Assembly: GCF_009914755.1 (NCBI RefSeq)
Contig: NC_060927.1
Source of the DNA: the human T2T-CHM13v2.0 reference genome, Homo sapiens
Reading direction: 5' to 3' (one strand)
DNA length: 64,000 nucleotides
A model generated the notes under the pieces. The model was not told the origin of the DNA. It saw nothing but the letters and a program-made list of their open reading frames with translations, and searched no databases. A program made the position numbers and the translations under genes. Positions 44,611 to 59,856 of the stretch are shown piece after piece; the first letter of the stretch is position 1, and every line of letters starts with the position of its first letter.

Positions 44611-47600
44611 CTCAAATAATGCCGTTCCCACGAGATGAAGGAGTGGAATAAGGATGCAGTGAAGAAGAGAAGAGAAAAGTATAAAAAGAAATGAGAAAAG
44701 AACAGAGGGAGAGAGAGGAGAGAAGCAGGAGAGAGAGGAAGGAAGGGATGGAAAAAAAGAGTGACAATGTGATGTCGACATTTTTTCCTTATGCCATTAA
44801 GTGTATTAGCTTGAATGACATAAATAGAAAAATTGTACGATTTGCCTTAGACAACACCCAAAGAAGAAATAATCAGCTTTTGTTTTCAGTAGTTTTTCTT
44901 TAAAATATTTTTATAAAAGTATGAAACTATAATAGAATTAGTTTTCCTCATCTCTTAGAGGCTTTTATTATTTCCATCTTCATGGTTGGAAGGAAAATCA
45001 ATGGTATTGCTGAGAGAACTTCATGGCATTAAGGACCTAAACTCTAAAATCTTCATATTCCATTTGTTTTGAGGTATTTATGTATCTCAAGCTATGAAGC
45101 TTGAGTTACTTTTGCTTTTGAGTTGGCTGATTATTTCAGCTAGTTCTCAGAAATCTATATATCCCATCTCTTCATAAGAGAACATTCTAAAACCTCCTGT
45201 CACTTGGAGGTAAGACATTGTATCCGGCTACTTCCTTCTGTGGACTGACTCTCTTGTTTCAAGGTCTGGAATAGCCCCTTCAAAGCCAAACTGTATTGTC
45301 CCTCTCCAGACTGCATCCATGTCTTCTGTGTTAAATGCCTAGCTATACCTACATATATATGTAAAAACTGATATGGAGATTAAACCTCAATGGATAGCTC
45401 AAAATAAAACAAAACAACAATTATCTATTAGAAAAAAGCAGACGATTCTAAAACTTCTATTGAATGCAATACTTACTCAATACATCTAAAATTTTTTGCC
45501 ATAGAAGGAAAAGAAGTTGCTCACCATGGATCATTATTGGTGTTTTCTCTAGGTGAAAAGCATATCCAGAATAGTTACTTTTTTTCTAAAAGGGACTTTT
45601 AACAGAAATATAGTACGTGAGTCCTTAAATGCATAAAAACATTTATTCAATAATATTTTCAACCATATTTTCATATGATTTTTTTCACACTCCCTTTAAT
45701 TTTACTTTACCATTATTTCATATCTAAACTCCAAATTATTAGTACTGTGGATAAGTTGATCCAACAGAATAAGTAAACAATCATCAGCCAAAGTTTTCAC
45801 CTCTGCCTTTACAAAGACAATACTTCTGAAAAGAAAGACCTATCACCAAGGAAACACCAAATCACTAAGGCTTCTATTTCCCAGAACAGACTTGTAAACC
45901 AGTACCCACCTTTCAGGTTCGGTTACCAAATACACTATTGAAATTTACTCATGCAGTTTTCTCTTTCAGACACTAGCTGTGTCAATATGCATTCTTTTTA
46001 TATCTCATTTTTCAGTTTCCTTCAAGAAAAAAAATAAGATAACATAGAGTAAAGGAATGATGTCTTTTTGGGCTGTATATTTATAGAAACGCAATTAAAA
46101 ATGTTTTTATTAAGATGCATATTACTGTATATTGTGTAATGCCAATTTTAATGTAAATATAAGGTTGCTTATGCTGTATGTGGAATTGCCAAAATCACGC
46201 TATTTGTATTTTGTAGTTTGTGCATACACAAGTGTTTCATTCTTGCCAGAGCAAGGAAACTGAGTAAAACCAAAACAACTGCTTTTACTTTACTTCTTGA
46301 TACCTGCACATTATAGCAACATTTTCTACTTTTATCTTAGTAATAAGTAAAGAAGGATTGAAAGGCAAAGGAATGAGGTTTTGTTTTATTTTTCCCTTTC
46401 CTTCTATGTTGTTATTTTCAGTGCAAGTGGTTGGCTAATACAGAAAAGTAACACGAATGAGAAAGGATATGACAAGGTTCTTTGGTCATTCATGTTTCTT
46501 AGAACACAACTGCCTTCTTTCTGCATACAAAGCAAGTTTTGGTTCAATTAGAAAGCATGTTAGTGCCACTAAATTAGTTGCAGGCATAGCACACTTGTCA
46601 GGCACACACTCTGAGTCTCTCTGCATCTCAAGTCTACCAGAATTCTGTGCCCATTGTACACTATTACTGTGTGTCAGTGGAAAACGGGACATACATATTG
46701 CACACAATCCACTGTTCTATCTGGACATCACTTACAAAGCATAAGCTCAGAGTTCCTAGATCAAACTATTAAGACTTTCGAGATAATGACAGCAGAGCAG
46801 TAAATCAAGTATTTACCCCTTCTGAGCTTGAGGCCCTATGTGAATGCACAGTTTGCATGTTCATAAAGCCATTCTTGTAATTACCACTCATTGACTGCCT
46901 GCATATTCCCAGTGCTTTACATGCATTTTATTTTTCAGTCATGACAAGATTGTTATCTTGATTTCACAGAGAATAAAATAAATTTTTGAGAGTAATTAAT
47001 CATTTACAAATCAACATATTCAATTGAAGATTGAGTCAGAGATCAAACTACAACAAAATCTGGACTTGGATAATTTTAACTAGCCCTTTAATATTGCCAG
47101 AATGTATAATCAAAATTGATGGAATTGTTTTTATCACATGGCTTATAGAAATAAGTATTACAAGTTTATAGATATACTACAGGCAGTCCTCACTTGCATG
47201 GTATTATGTTATCTGAAACTTACGCATGTTAGTGTAATGTAATCACTCTCCATTACCATGAAATGGTGCAGAGCAAGTACTACTTACGTAATTCATTATG
47301 TTTGTATAGTGGTTTACCATTTGCCATTTTTATTGTTGTTGTTCATTAGGTATTATTGACCGTGCTATGAGGGTTAATTCCAGCAGACCCAGAATTAGCC
47401 TGAGTTGTCTTGCTAAAGTATCTGCGTAATACTGACCCTTGGGCAAGGCATGAAATGTACTTAATATTGTTGCTTTGTAATCATGTGTCCCAGGACTTTT
47501 ATACTAGTTCGTTAGTACTGTTTAATCAATCAAGTAATACTAGAAATTTATACCTGGCTTCAGGGCGAACCCCAGAGCGTTCTGCCATTGGGGCTAGTAC

Positions 47601-50600
47601 CATAGTAGGAAAATGCTTACATGGCCTACAGAGTATTAGGTATTCCCTGGTTCCAAGGTGAGTTGTGCACAAATTGGTAGTATCTGATCTGAGAGAAAAA
47701 ACACATCCACACAGCCCTTACACACAGCTGGGAGTCATGCCTTGCCTCTCAGGACCTCTTGTTGTAAGGCCTTTGGCTGTGATACATGTCCTTGCTTTAA
47801 TGTTATTTCTCTATTGCATTCATTTGTGAACTATAAATTTATATGCATTGTCGTTTGGAATCCTAATCACCTTTAGCAAGCAATCCTGTCTACCACCATT
47901 AGTAAATTTACATATGATATTTTCCAGCAATTTTATGTGAAAAATATTTTGAATTTTGTTACTTTTAAAAATGTATATAACCAATCCCATAATCAGGATA
48001 TAGGTAAATTCTCTTACCCTGAGATATCTCTTGTGCCCCATTCCACTTGATCACTCCTGCCCTACACCATGCAACCAGGCTTAAAATGTTCGTTACAGGA
48101 GGAGAGGTGGAGCAAGATGGCAGAATAGAAAGGTTCACTGATCATCCCTCCCCACAAGGACACCAACTTAATAACTACACAGAAAAAACACCTGCATAGG
48201 AACCAAAAATCAGGTGAGTACTTATAATCACTGGTTTTAACTTCATATTGCTGAATGAGGCACTGAAGAGAATAAAAATACAGTCCTGAATCTCTTACCC
48301 CACTCCTCCCTCATCTCCAACAGCAGTGTCCTGGTGTGTAGACGTTCTCTGGGTACTGGGGGCGGGAGAACAAAACAATTGTGTGTGAGGAATTGAACTC
48401 AGTACTGTTCTGTTAGACCAGGAAGGAAAACCAGAGAAAACTCAGGTAAAGTCTTCCCACAAAGGAACATTTAAACCAGTCTTAGCAAAAGGGGAATCTC
48501 TCATCTCAGAAGTTCAAACACGAGTGCCTGCATACCTCTCCACTGAGGGCCAAAGTGCTCTGATTCCCTAAGTAAACTGGAAAGGCAGTCTAGGCCATAA
48601 GGACTGCAAGACCTAGGCGAGTCTTAGGGCTGACCTAGTCCTGGAGATAGTAGACTAGGGGTGACAGGGGTCACACCATATACTGAGACACCAGCTAGGG
48701 AAGTCAAGCGAGTGCTGGCATTACCCCTCCCCTAATCCCAGGCTGCACAGCTCATGGCTCCAGAAGAGATCCCTTCCTTCTGTTTGAAGAGAGGAGAGGA
48801 AAGGGTGGGGAGAACTTCATCTTGCATCATGGATCCCAGCTCAGCCACAGCAGGATAGGGCATTGGTCAGAGTCATGATGCCCTTGTTCCAGGCCCTAGC
48901 TCCCAGATGACATTTCTAGACACACTATGGGCCAGAAGGAAACCTGCTGCCTTGAAGGAAAAGCAGCCTTTCCAGCCACACCAGTATTAATCACCTGCTA
49001 ACTGAAGAACCCCTGGGCCCTGAATAACCTGCAGCGATACTCAGGTACTACATCAAGGGCCTTGGTGAGCCTCTGAGACTTGCTGGCTTCAGGTGAGACT
49101 CAGCATATTACCAGCTGTGGTGGCTATAGGGAAAAACTCTTTCTGCTTGAGAAAAGCAGAGGGAAAAGTAAAGGAGACTTTATCCTGCACCTTAGATACC
49201 AACACCACCATAGGGGTAGAACACCAATTGAGCTCTTGGGGTCTCTGATTCTAGGACTTGACTCTTGGATGGCATTTCAGGACCTTCCCTGGGCCAGAGG
49301 GGATCTTATTACTCTGAAGGGTGAAACCCAGGCCAAGCAGCATTTACCACAACCTGACTTAAGAGACCTTCGGCCTTAAGGAAACGTGTAGTAGTCTGGT
49401 AGCACTGCTCATGGCCAGGGTTGGAGGTAGCTCTGTGGTGAGGCTCCTCTGCCTGGAGTGGAAAGGGCAAGGAAGAATGGGAAAGACTGTGTCTTGTGGT
49501 TTGAGTGCCAGCGCAGCTGCAATACAATATAATACCAGGTCACCTTCTAAGGTTTTTGATTCTAGTCCTTGACTCCCAGACAGCACTTCAGGATCCACCT
49601 GGTGAATAAGGAACAACATTGCCTGCCCTGAAGGGAAGGACACAGGCTTGGATGGTTTTGCCACCTGCTGATTGTACAGCCCCACAGCCTTGAGTGAACA
49701 TAGACAGTAGCCAGAGAGAGATTACAGCAGGCCTTGGGCGAGACCCAGTGCTGTGCTGGTTTCAGGTCTGACCCAGTGCAGTCATAGTGGTGGTGGCCAC
49801 AGGAATGCTTGTGTCACTTCATTCCCAGCTTTAGGTGGCTCAGAGCAGAGAGAGAAACTGTATGTTTGGAAGAAAGTAAGAGAAGAGAAGAGCTTCTGCC
49901 TAGTAATCCAGAGAATTCTCCTTGATATTCTCCAAGACCATCAAGGTAGTACCTGTATGAGTCTGCAAGAACCACAGCATGCTGGGCTTGAGGTGCCTCC
50001 TAAGGCACAAACCACTTACATTACAACACCCAAGTTCATTCAAATATGTGGAAAGCTTTCCCAAGAAGGAGAGATACAAATAAGCCCAGACAGTAAATAC
50101 TGCAATAAATACCTTACTCTTCAATGCCCAGGCACTGAAAAATATCTGCTAGCATCAACATCATCCAGGAAAACAGGACCTCATCAAATGAACTGATAAG
50201 GCATCAGGGACGAGTCCTGGAGAAACAGAGATATGGAACCTTTCAGACAGGTAATTCAAAATAGCTGTCTTGAGGTAACCCAAAAGAAATTCAAGATAAC
50301 ACAGAGAAGGAATTCAGAATTCTATCAGATAAATTTAATAAAGAGAATGAAGCAATTACAAAAGAATCGAACAGAAATTCTGGAGATGAAAAATATAACT
50401 GGCATACTAAAGAATACATCAGAGTCCTTTACTAGCAGAATGAATCAAGAAGAAGTAAGAATTAATGAATTAATGAGCTCGAAGATAGACTGTTTGAAAA
50501 TAGAGGAGACAAAAGAGAAAAAAATGAAGCACACTTACAGGACATAGAAAATAGCTTCAAAAGGGAAAATCTAAGAATTTATTGACCTTAAAGAGGAAAT

Positions 50601-51842
50601 AGAGAAAGAGATAGGGGCAAAAGTTTATTCAAAGAGACAATAACAAATAATTTCCCAAACCTAAAGAAAGATATCTATATCCAAGTACAAGAAGGTTACA
50701 GAATAGCAAGAAGACTTAACCCAAAGAAGACTACCTCAAGACATAATAATCATACTCCCAAATGTCAAGGATAAAGAAAAAATCCTAAAAGCAGCAAGAG
50801 AAAAGAAACAACCTACAAAGGACTTCCAATATGTCTGGCAGCAGTCTTTTCAGCGAAAGCCTTACAGGGCAGGAGAGAATGGCATGACATATTTAAAGAG
50901 CTGAAGGAAAGAAAACTTTTAGCCTAGAATAGTATATCTGGTGAAAATATCCTTCAGACATGAAGGAGGAATACTTTCTCAGACAAACAAAAGCTGAGGG
51001 ATTTCATTAATATCAGACACACCCTACAAGAAATGCTAAAGGAAGTAGTTCAATCAGAAAGAAAAGGACATTAATTAAAAATAAATAATCAACTGAAGGT
51101 AAAAATCTTACTGGTAACAGTAAGTGCAGAGAAAAACACAGAATGTTATAACACTGCAGCTGTGGTGTATAAACTACTGTTATCCTAAGTAGAAAGACTA
51201 AATGATGAGCCAATCAAAAATAATAACTACAACAACTTTTCAAGACATAGTACAATATAATAGAAATAGAAAAACACAAAGTTAAACAGCATGGGGAAAA
51301 AGTTAAGGCAAGTTTTTATTTTCTTTTTGCTTGTTTGTTTATGCAAATTGTGTAAATTTGTTATGTCCAAATAATGGGTTATAAGATAGTATTTGCAAGC
51401 CTCACAGTAACCTCAGAACAAAAACACAATAAATACAAAAAAATAAAAATAAAAAGCAAGATACTAAAATCATATCACCAGAGAAAATCGTCTTTGCTAG
51501 AGGAGTGAAAGAAAGAAGGAAGAGAAGAACACAAAATGACCAGAAAACAAATAACAAATGGCAGAATTAAGTCTTTACTTATCAATAATAACATTAAATG
51601 TAAATGGACTAAAGGCTCCAACAAAAAGACATAGACTAGTTCAGTGAATGAAAGAACACAACTAATTGATCCATTGCCTACAAGAAACATACTTCACCTA
51701 TACAGACACACATAGACTGAAAATAAAGGGATGGAAAGAGATATTCCATGCCAATGGAAACCAAAAAAGAGCTAAAATTGCTATACTTATGTCAGCCGAA
51801 ATAGATTTCAACACAAAAACAATAAGAAGAGACAAAGGTCAC

Positions 51843-52210
51843 TGATATGGTTTGGATTTGTGTCTCCGTCCAAATCTCATGTTGAATTGGAAGAAGGCCT
51901 GGTGGGAGGTGATTGGATCATGGAGGTGGATATCCCCCTTGCTGTTCACATGATAGTGAGTTAGTTCTCTTGAGGTCTGATGGTTTAAAAGTGTTTGGCA
52001 CTTCCCCCTTTGCTGGCTGTCTCTCACGCCACCATGTGAAGAAGGTACTTGTTTCCCCTTCCCCTTCTGCCATGATTTTAAGTTTCCTGAGGTCTCCCAG
52101 TCATGCTTCCTGCTAAGCCTGTGGAAGTGTGAGTTAATTAAGCCTCTTTTCTTCATAATTTTTCCAATCTCAGGTAGTTCCTTATAGCAGTGTGCAAATG
52201 GCCTAATACA
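51843..52210 (+). mobile_element. MSTA solo LTR inserted in L1 ORF2
   Basis: TGATATGGTTTGGAT...CTAATACA; TSD GTCAC/GTC-C. Confidence 0.93.
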
Positions 52211-52531
52211 GTCCTATATAATGATAAAAGGGTCAATGCAGCAAAAGGATGTAACAATTTTGAGTATATATGAACCCAACACTAGAGCACTCACAGAAAT
52301 AAAACAAATATTTTTAGAGCTAGAGAAAGAGAGGCTCCAATACAATAACAGCTGAAGACTTCAACACCTCACTTTCAGCATTGGACATATCTTCCTGACG
52401 AAAATCAACAAAGAAACATTAGACTTAATCTGCAATATAGACCAATTGGATCAAATAGATATTTACAGAACATTTCATTCAACGGCTTCAGAAAACACAT
52501 TCTTCTCCTCAGCATCTTAATCATTTTCAAG

Positions 52532-54423
<1,892 letters not shown>

Positions 54424-55839
54424 CAAAGGATAGACCAGATGTTAGGTCACAAAACAAGTCTTAAAACATTCAAAACAATTGAAATAATATCCAGCATCTT
54501 CTATGACCACAATGGAATAAAACTAGAAATTAATAACAAGAGGAATTTAGGAAACTATGCAAGTACATGGAAATTAAACATTACATTTCTGAATGACTAG
54601 TGGGTCAACAAAGAAATAAAAAAGGAAATTTAAAAAATGTAAACAAATGATAATGGAAACACAACATGCCAACATCTATGTGATACAGCAAAAGCAGTAC
54701 TAAGAAGGAAGTTTATAGCTATAGGTCTACATCAAAAAAGAGGAAAAACTTCAAGTAAACAACCTAATAATACATCTTAAATAACTAGAAATGCAAGAGC
54801 AAACTGAACCCCAAATTAGAAGAAAAGAAATATTATAATAAAGATCAGAGCAGAGATAAATGAAATTGAAATAAAAAATACAAAAGATAAAACAAAAAGT
54901 TGATTTTTTGAAAAGTTAAACAAAATTGACAAAAGATTACCCAGACTAACTAGAAAAAAAGGAGAGTAGGGGAGAGAATATTCAAATAAAGTCAGAAATA
55001 AAAAAGGAGACATTACAACTGATACTGCAGAAATTCAAAGGATTACTAGTGGCTACTATGAGCAAATATATGCCAATAAATTGGAAAATCTAGAAGAAAT
55101 GGACAAATTCTTAGATACCTACAATCTATGAAGATTGAACCGGGAAGAAATCCAAAATCAGAACTGACCAATAACAAGTAATGAGATCAAAGCCAATAAT
55201 AAAATTATCTCAGTAAAGAAAAGCCCAGGACCTGATTTCTTCACTGCTGAATTACACCTAACATTTTAAAAAGCACAAATAGCAATCCTACTCAAACTAT
55301 TTCAACAAATAGAGGAGAAGGAATACTTCCAAACTTCCACTTGAGCGGATGATACCCCATTCCCCATGATGTGATTATTTCACATTGCATACCTGTATCA
55401 AAACATCTCATGTGGCCCATAAATATATACACCTACTATGTACTCACAAAAATTTTAAAAATTTTTTTGAAAACTTTATTAAGTATTTAAATTCACATTT
55501 CTGCCATCAGATACTCTCTCTCTCTCTTTCTCTCTCTCTCCTTCCTCCCTCCTTTGGAAATTACAGGTCATTCACGCGGTGCAGTGCAATATTTTACATA
55601 TTTTAAGGGAATATAGATACCACACAAATTACAAAAGTTAAATTGTTAAATTGGATCTAATGAATTCATAAATTGAACTGTTAGGTGTTTTTTTTAGCCT
55701 GGAGTGCTCTGAGGAAATCACTGGTATGTTAAGAGCTTTTGAACCTAGGAAGTTTGGAAACTTCTGATATATATCTCACTGTGAAGAGAAAGGCAGTTGG
55801 TACCGATGGCTGAATGGTGGGAAAGGTACATGCGTCATG

Positions 55840-56290
55840 ATTATATTGGTGTAAACCACAAAAATTACAATAACTAATAATGGCTAAAACAAATAGGAGT
55901 TGTTTTTCTTAAGAATCAATAAGTTCAGGATAAGGAGTTCATGACTAAAATGTCATCAAGGACCTAGGCTGTCTTGATCTGCTATAAGTAGTGTGTGACT
56001 TTCAATGTCACGATCCCAGCCTGGTTACTGCACTCCCAGCATTGCATCAATTATCCAGGAAGGAAACAAAGCAGCTAGAGGTGAACTGACAAACACATTC
56101 TAACAGTGAAGTCTGAATTTAAAAAAAAACACTCCCTTAGAAACTAACCTAGAAACTCCTCTTGCATCGTATATGATCCAGAAGAGGTTATGTGGTAATG
56201 CTTAATTTCAAGGGAGGAAGAGAAATTAATTTTTGTTTTCTAGACATTCGAATAGAGGAAATTATTTGGGAAGCAGGCAATAAATTACTT
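55840..56290 (-). mobile_element. MLT1J/K-like LTR remnant
   Basis: AATGGCTAAAACAAATAGGAG...TGTCATCAAGGACCTAGGC...GGTTACTGCACTCCCAGCAT. Confidence 0.55.
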
Positions 56291-59090
56291 TTGAGCACAA
56301 GTAACATAGGAAACATCAGTATTCTAATATTTCAATATTATTTCACAGAAGAGCATATTGTCTATAAATGCGCTAATATCCTGTTTGTAAGTTAGCTGCT
56401 TTAGTGTAGCACAGAAGGAAGTGATGAAATGTTAAACATTGCTTTTTGGGGGAAGAAAATATCTAGCTTGAGTGCTAAATGAAATAAATCTTTACCATTA
56501 TGTAGAGGTTCTGTATTTTGTGGTTATATCTTATGCCATCCTATAAAATCCTAATGATTTCTCATAATTTATTGCGGTAAAAATTGTCTGTTTGCTGGAC
56601 TTTCAATTTTTTGAGCCCTTACCTACACATTGCATGAATAATGTCATATTCAACCAGACAGCCTTCCCAATCCCACCTCATGTACCTTATTGTATAATAA
56701 TCAAACATCCAGATACGGAAGATTAGAAGATGTTGATGGAAACCTCACTATGATGGACGTTTAATTCACAGGTGAGGTTGGCTTTGCCAGTTTTGAGATA
56801 ACTGATAAATGTATGAATTTTTGACAGCTGTCAGAATTTTGTGGCTAAATTAATAGTGAATAACTAACATGTTATGAACATGCCACATTTTGTAAGTAGA
56901 CATAGATATTTAATTCATTCTTTGGACATGAGACAATATCAAGAAGTGAATTTAAGTCAGGGTTTACATTTTATGTACTAAGCTTAATGTCCAGCATTTG
57001 ACAGGGCATTTATTATTTTGCTAGCTGAATTTCCTTTTAAATAACTTAGAATAAAAAGTACATAGGATGTATTGTGTGCTAGCAGTCTATGTTTGAACAG
57101 CTCTGTTTTACATTTGTTTCTACTAGAAGAGTGTAAACAACATCTATCTTTTTATATTTTTATGGTTCGTTTTTGCTTAAAAAACATAAGTTCAAGTCTT
57201 ACAGATAATTACAAACAAAAATGGAAGCCTTTTTGTGCTGATGTGGGTGAGTACTCTTCTACTCACATCTAGAAATTATTGATAATGTCTTACAAACCCT
57301 TTTTAATATAAAGTTGAGCTCAATCATAAAATGTAAAGTTTTCAGAATCAGGAACTAAAGACAAAACTCAAAATCATGAGCTTACACAGTAGTGACCCAT
57401 GAGATACTCGACTTCAGCTGGCATTCCACTGCTTATGGTGGGAAGAAGGCAGGAGCTTGGAGTTTTTCGCAATGGAAGAGTTGAAACTGGACCCACTTCA
57501 AGTAATTTTTTAAAAGTGTTTAGCTATTTAAATCAGTAAACACAGTGTTTACTGTAAATCTAATAGTATTTAGCTAAACAGTTAACATAATTGTGACTAT
57601 CTAAAATAGTAAATTTACTGTTCAGTTAGTTTTAAATATATGAAGAATTAAAATGATGGCATAGAAGAAATAGAAATAAAGGTTTCTGAAGTCCCTGTTA
57701 CATTTGGAAAAAGTTAAAAACGTCTGTTAAAATTAGACTTTTAAAAATTAAGAATGTATGCTGTACTTGCTAGGAAAAAACCCTAAAATAAGAAGGCCAC
57801 GAGATGTAATTTCTTGTCAAAAGGAGTGGAAAATCATTTTTAAATATTTAAAAGATTCAGAAAAGACAAAAAAATTAGATGAAATTGAGTACAGATAAGG
57901 TGGACGCTAGGGTAGTACTATATTTAAATAAAAATGTGTCAATAATTTTATTACATGCAAATGACTAATTTCCAAATTCTAACTGTGGTATACATAATTA
58001 TTATTGAGCTTTAAAAAGCCATTACTACCACTTTTAGCTGTGCAAACATGGGGAGGTTATTTAAAGGTCAAAGAACTAAATATCAACTTTTTCATCTGAT
58101 CTTGTCTTTAAAATGCATGATTGCTGTATTAAACAAAATTAATAATTAAACATAACTGCATATATTAAAGCTCCCATTACAGTGCTTTGCACATATAAAC
58201 ATTTAAAAATTGTCACTGAATAATAGAATCAAAGGCTGGAAAGTAGCATCCATATTTTGCCACTTGATCTATAGTTTCTCAGAGCTTTTTGCTGCCAAGT
58301 AGTGGCAGATTATCCTCTTAATCAGGGGTCAGAGTTGAGCATGTTAGAACATCTTTTATGTGATTTGGGGATTTGTACCTATATGTAGTGCTCTACCTCA
58401 TTTTAATCATGGGCTTCCAAAGATGTTTCTTCTCCCTTTGTACCGTAATCATGGTACATATATTTTTGCACAGTACTGTTCATAAGGATGTTGTTACTTT
58501 TAAAAACTGTAATCTCTTTGTTAACAATAAGCCTAATTTGAGTGAGTGAGAATTACAGTTATAATTCTATATAAATAGAAGAAAAATATTAGACAGAACA
58601 CAGGAAATGCAACTTCAGTCCTAAGCATTACTGCCTCACATTATCTGCACAACGGTCTTGAGCAAATAATTTTTTTTTACATTGTTAAATGGCTTGAATG
58701 GGGATCACTGACTAGGTTGATAGAAAGACATGGTTCGATTGGTTTGATCTTGACATTACATAGAATTTTCTGGTGACTCAAGCTGCGAGACAATAGAATG
58801 AGCTGTGTTAGTATTTAATAATTTCTTTGCCAGTGGACTCTTCTCAAGTATAATCTGGCACATTCTTTAAGACGAGATGGGAGGAAATATCAGCCAGCTA
58901 GGGTCACTGCTTTTTAGCCTGTGATATTCCGCAACATCATTCTCCCATCTCTTCATGGACAGTTTTGCTATATAGTTTTGGGTATTTAAAACAGAAAGAA
59001 ATATTTCAAGTTGATTGGATTCTAATGAAGTTAACATTATTTCAGTGATTACTATCAGCCAGAAGCCACAATATAGGAGCTTTTACATTA

Positions 59091-59488
59091 TTGTTACCCA
59101 GGCTGAAGTGCAGTGGCACCATCTCAGCTCACCGCAACCTCCACCTCCTGGGTTAAAGTGATTCTCTTCCTCAGCCTCCTGAGTAGCTGGGATTACAGGC
59201 GTGTGCCACCACGCCCAGTTAATGTGTATATTTTTAGTAGAGACGGGGTTTCATCATGTGGGCCAGGCTGGTCTCAAATGCCTCAACTCCATGACCTGCC
59301 TGCCTCAGCCTCCCAAATTGCTGGGATTACAGGCATGAGCCACTATGCCCGGCTAATTTCTGTATTTTTAGTAGAAATGGGGTTTCACCATATTGGCCAG
59401 GCTGGTCTCAAACTCCTGACCTCAGATGATCCACCTGCCTTGGCTTCCGAAAGTTCTGGGATTACAGGCATGAGCCACCATGACCATC
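59091..59488 (-). mobile_element. Three-monomer AluS (left-left-right) lacking a poly-A tail
   Basis: Right arm ~59091-59218 and two successive linker plus left-arm units; flanking direct repeat CTTTTACATT. Confidence 0.92.
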
Positions 59489-59559
59489 CTTTTACATTTA
59501 TTTATTGAACACTTGTAATAACTCAAAAGATATTATTTTCACAATTTTATGATAACTTA

Positions 59560-59856
59560 ATGACTGCAAACATGTTCATGATGTAATGTTGAGTAAAACA
59601 GTAGGAGATATTATGTATGATATGTTTCCAATTATGGAAAACAGTGATTCATCACACCTACTCATCTGTGTGTCCACACTACACACACATACACAATCAC
59701 CACACACAGAAAAATTGTCAAAATTGTACACACTAAAATGACCATTGTGGCTATCTCTAGTGTCCGAATTATGAAGACCTTTTAATTTCTTTCTTGGATT
59801 CTTCTGATTTTCTGCATCATCTACAATGACAAGAATTATTTTCATAATTAGAAAAC
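59560..59856 (+). mobile_element. L1ME4-like 3' end
   Basis: TGTAATGTTGAGTAAAA...GTGGCTATCTCTAG...ATTATTTTCATAATTAGAAAA. Confidence 0.55.

Noticed and set aside
49753-50547. 147-aa and 104-aa ORFs
   Set aside because: Frameshifted L1 5'UTR/ORF1 remnants; no intact ORF1.
56712-56777. Possible small exon (…CCAG/ATACGG…CACAG/GTGAGG)
   Set aside because: Weak polypyrimidine tract, stops in all three frames and no partner exons. It cannot be supported without RNA data.
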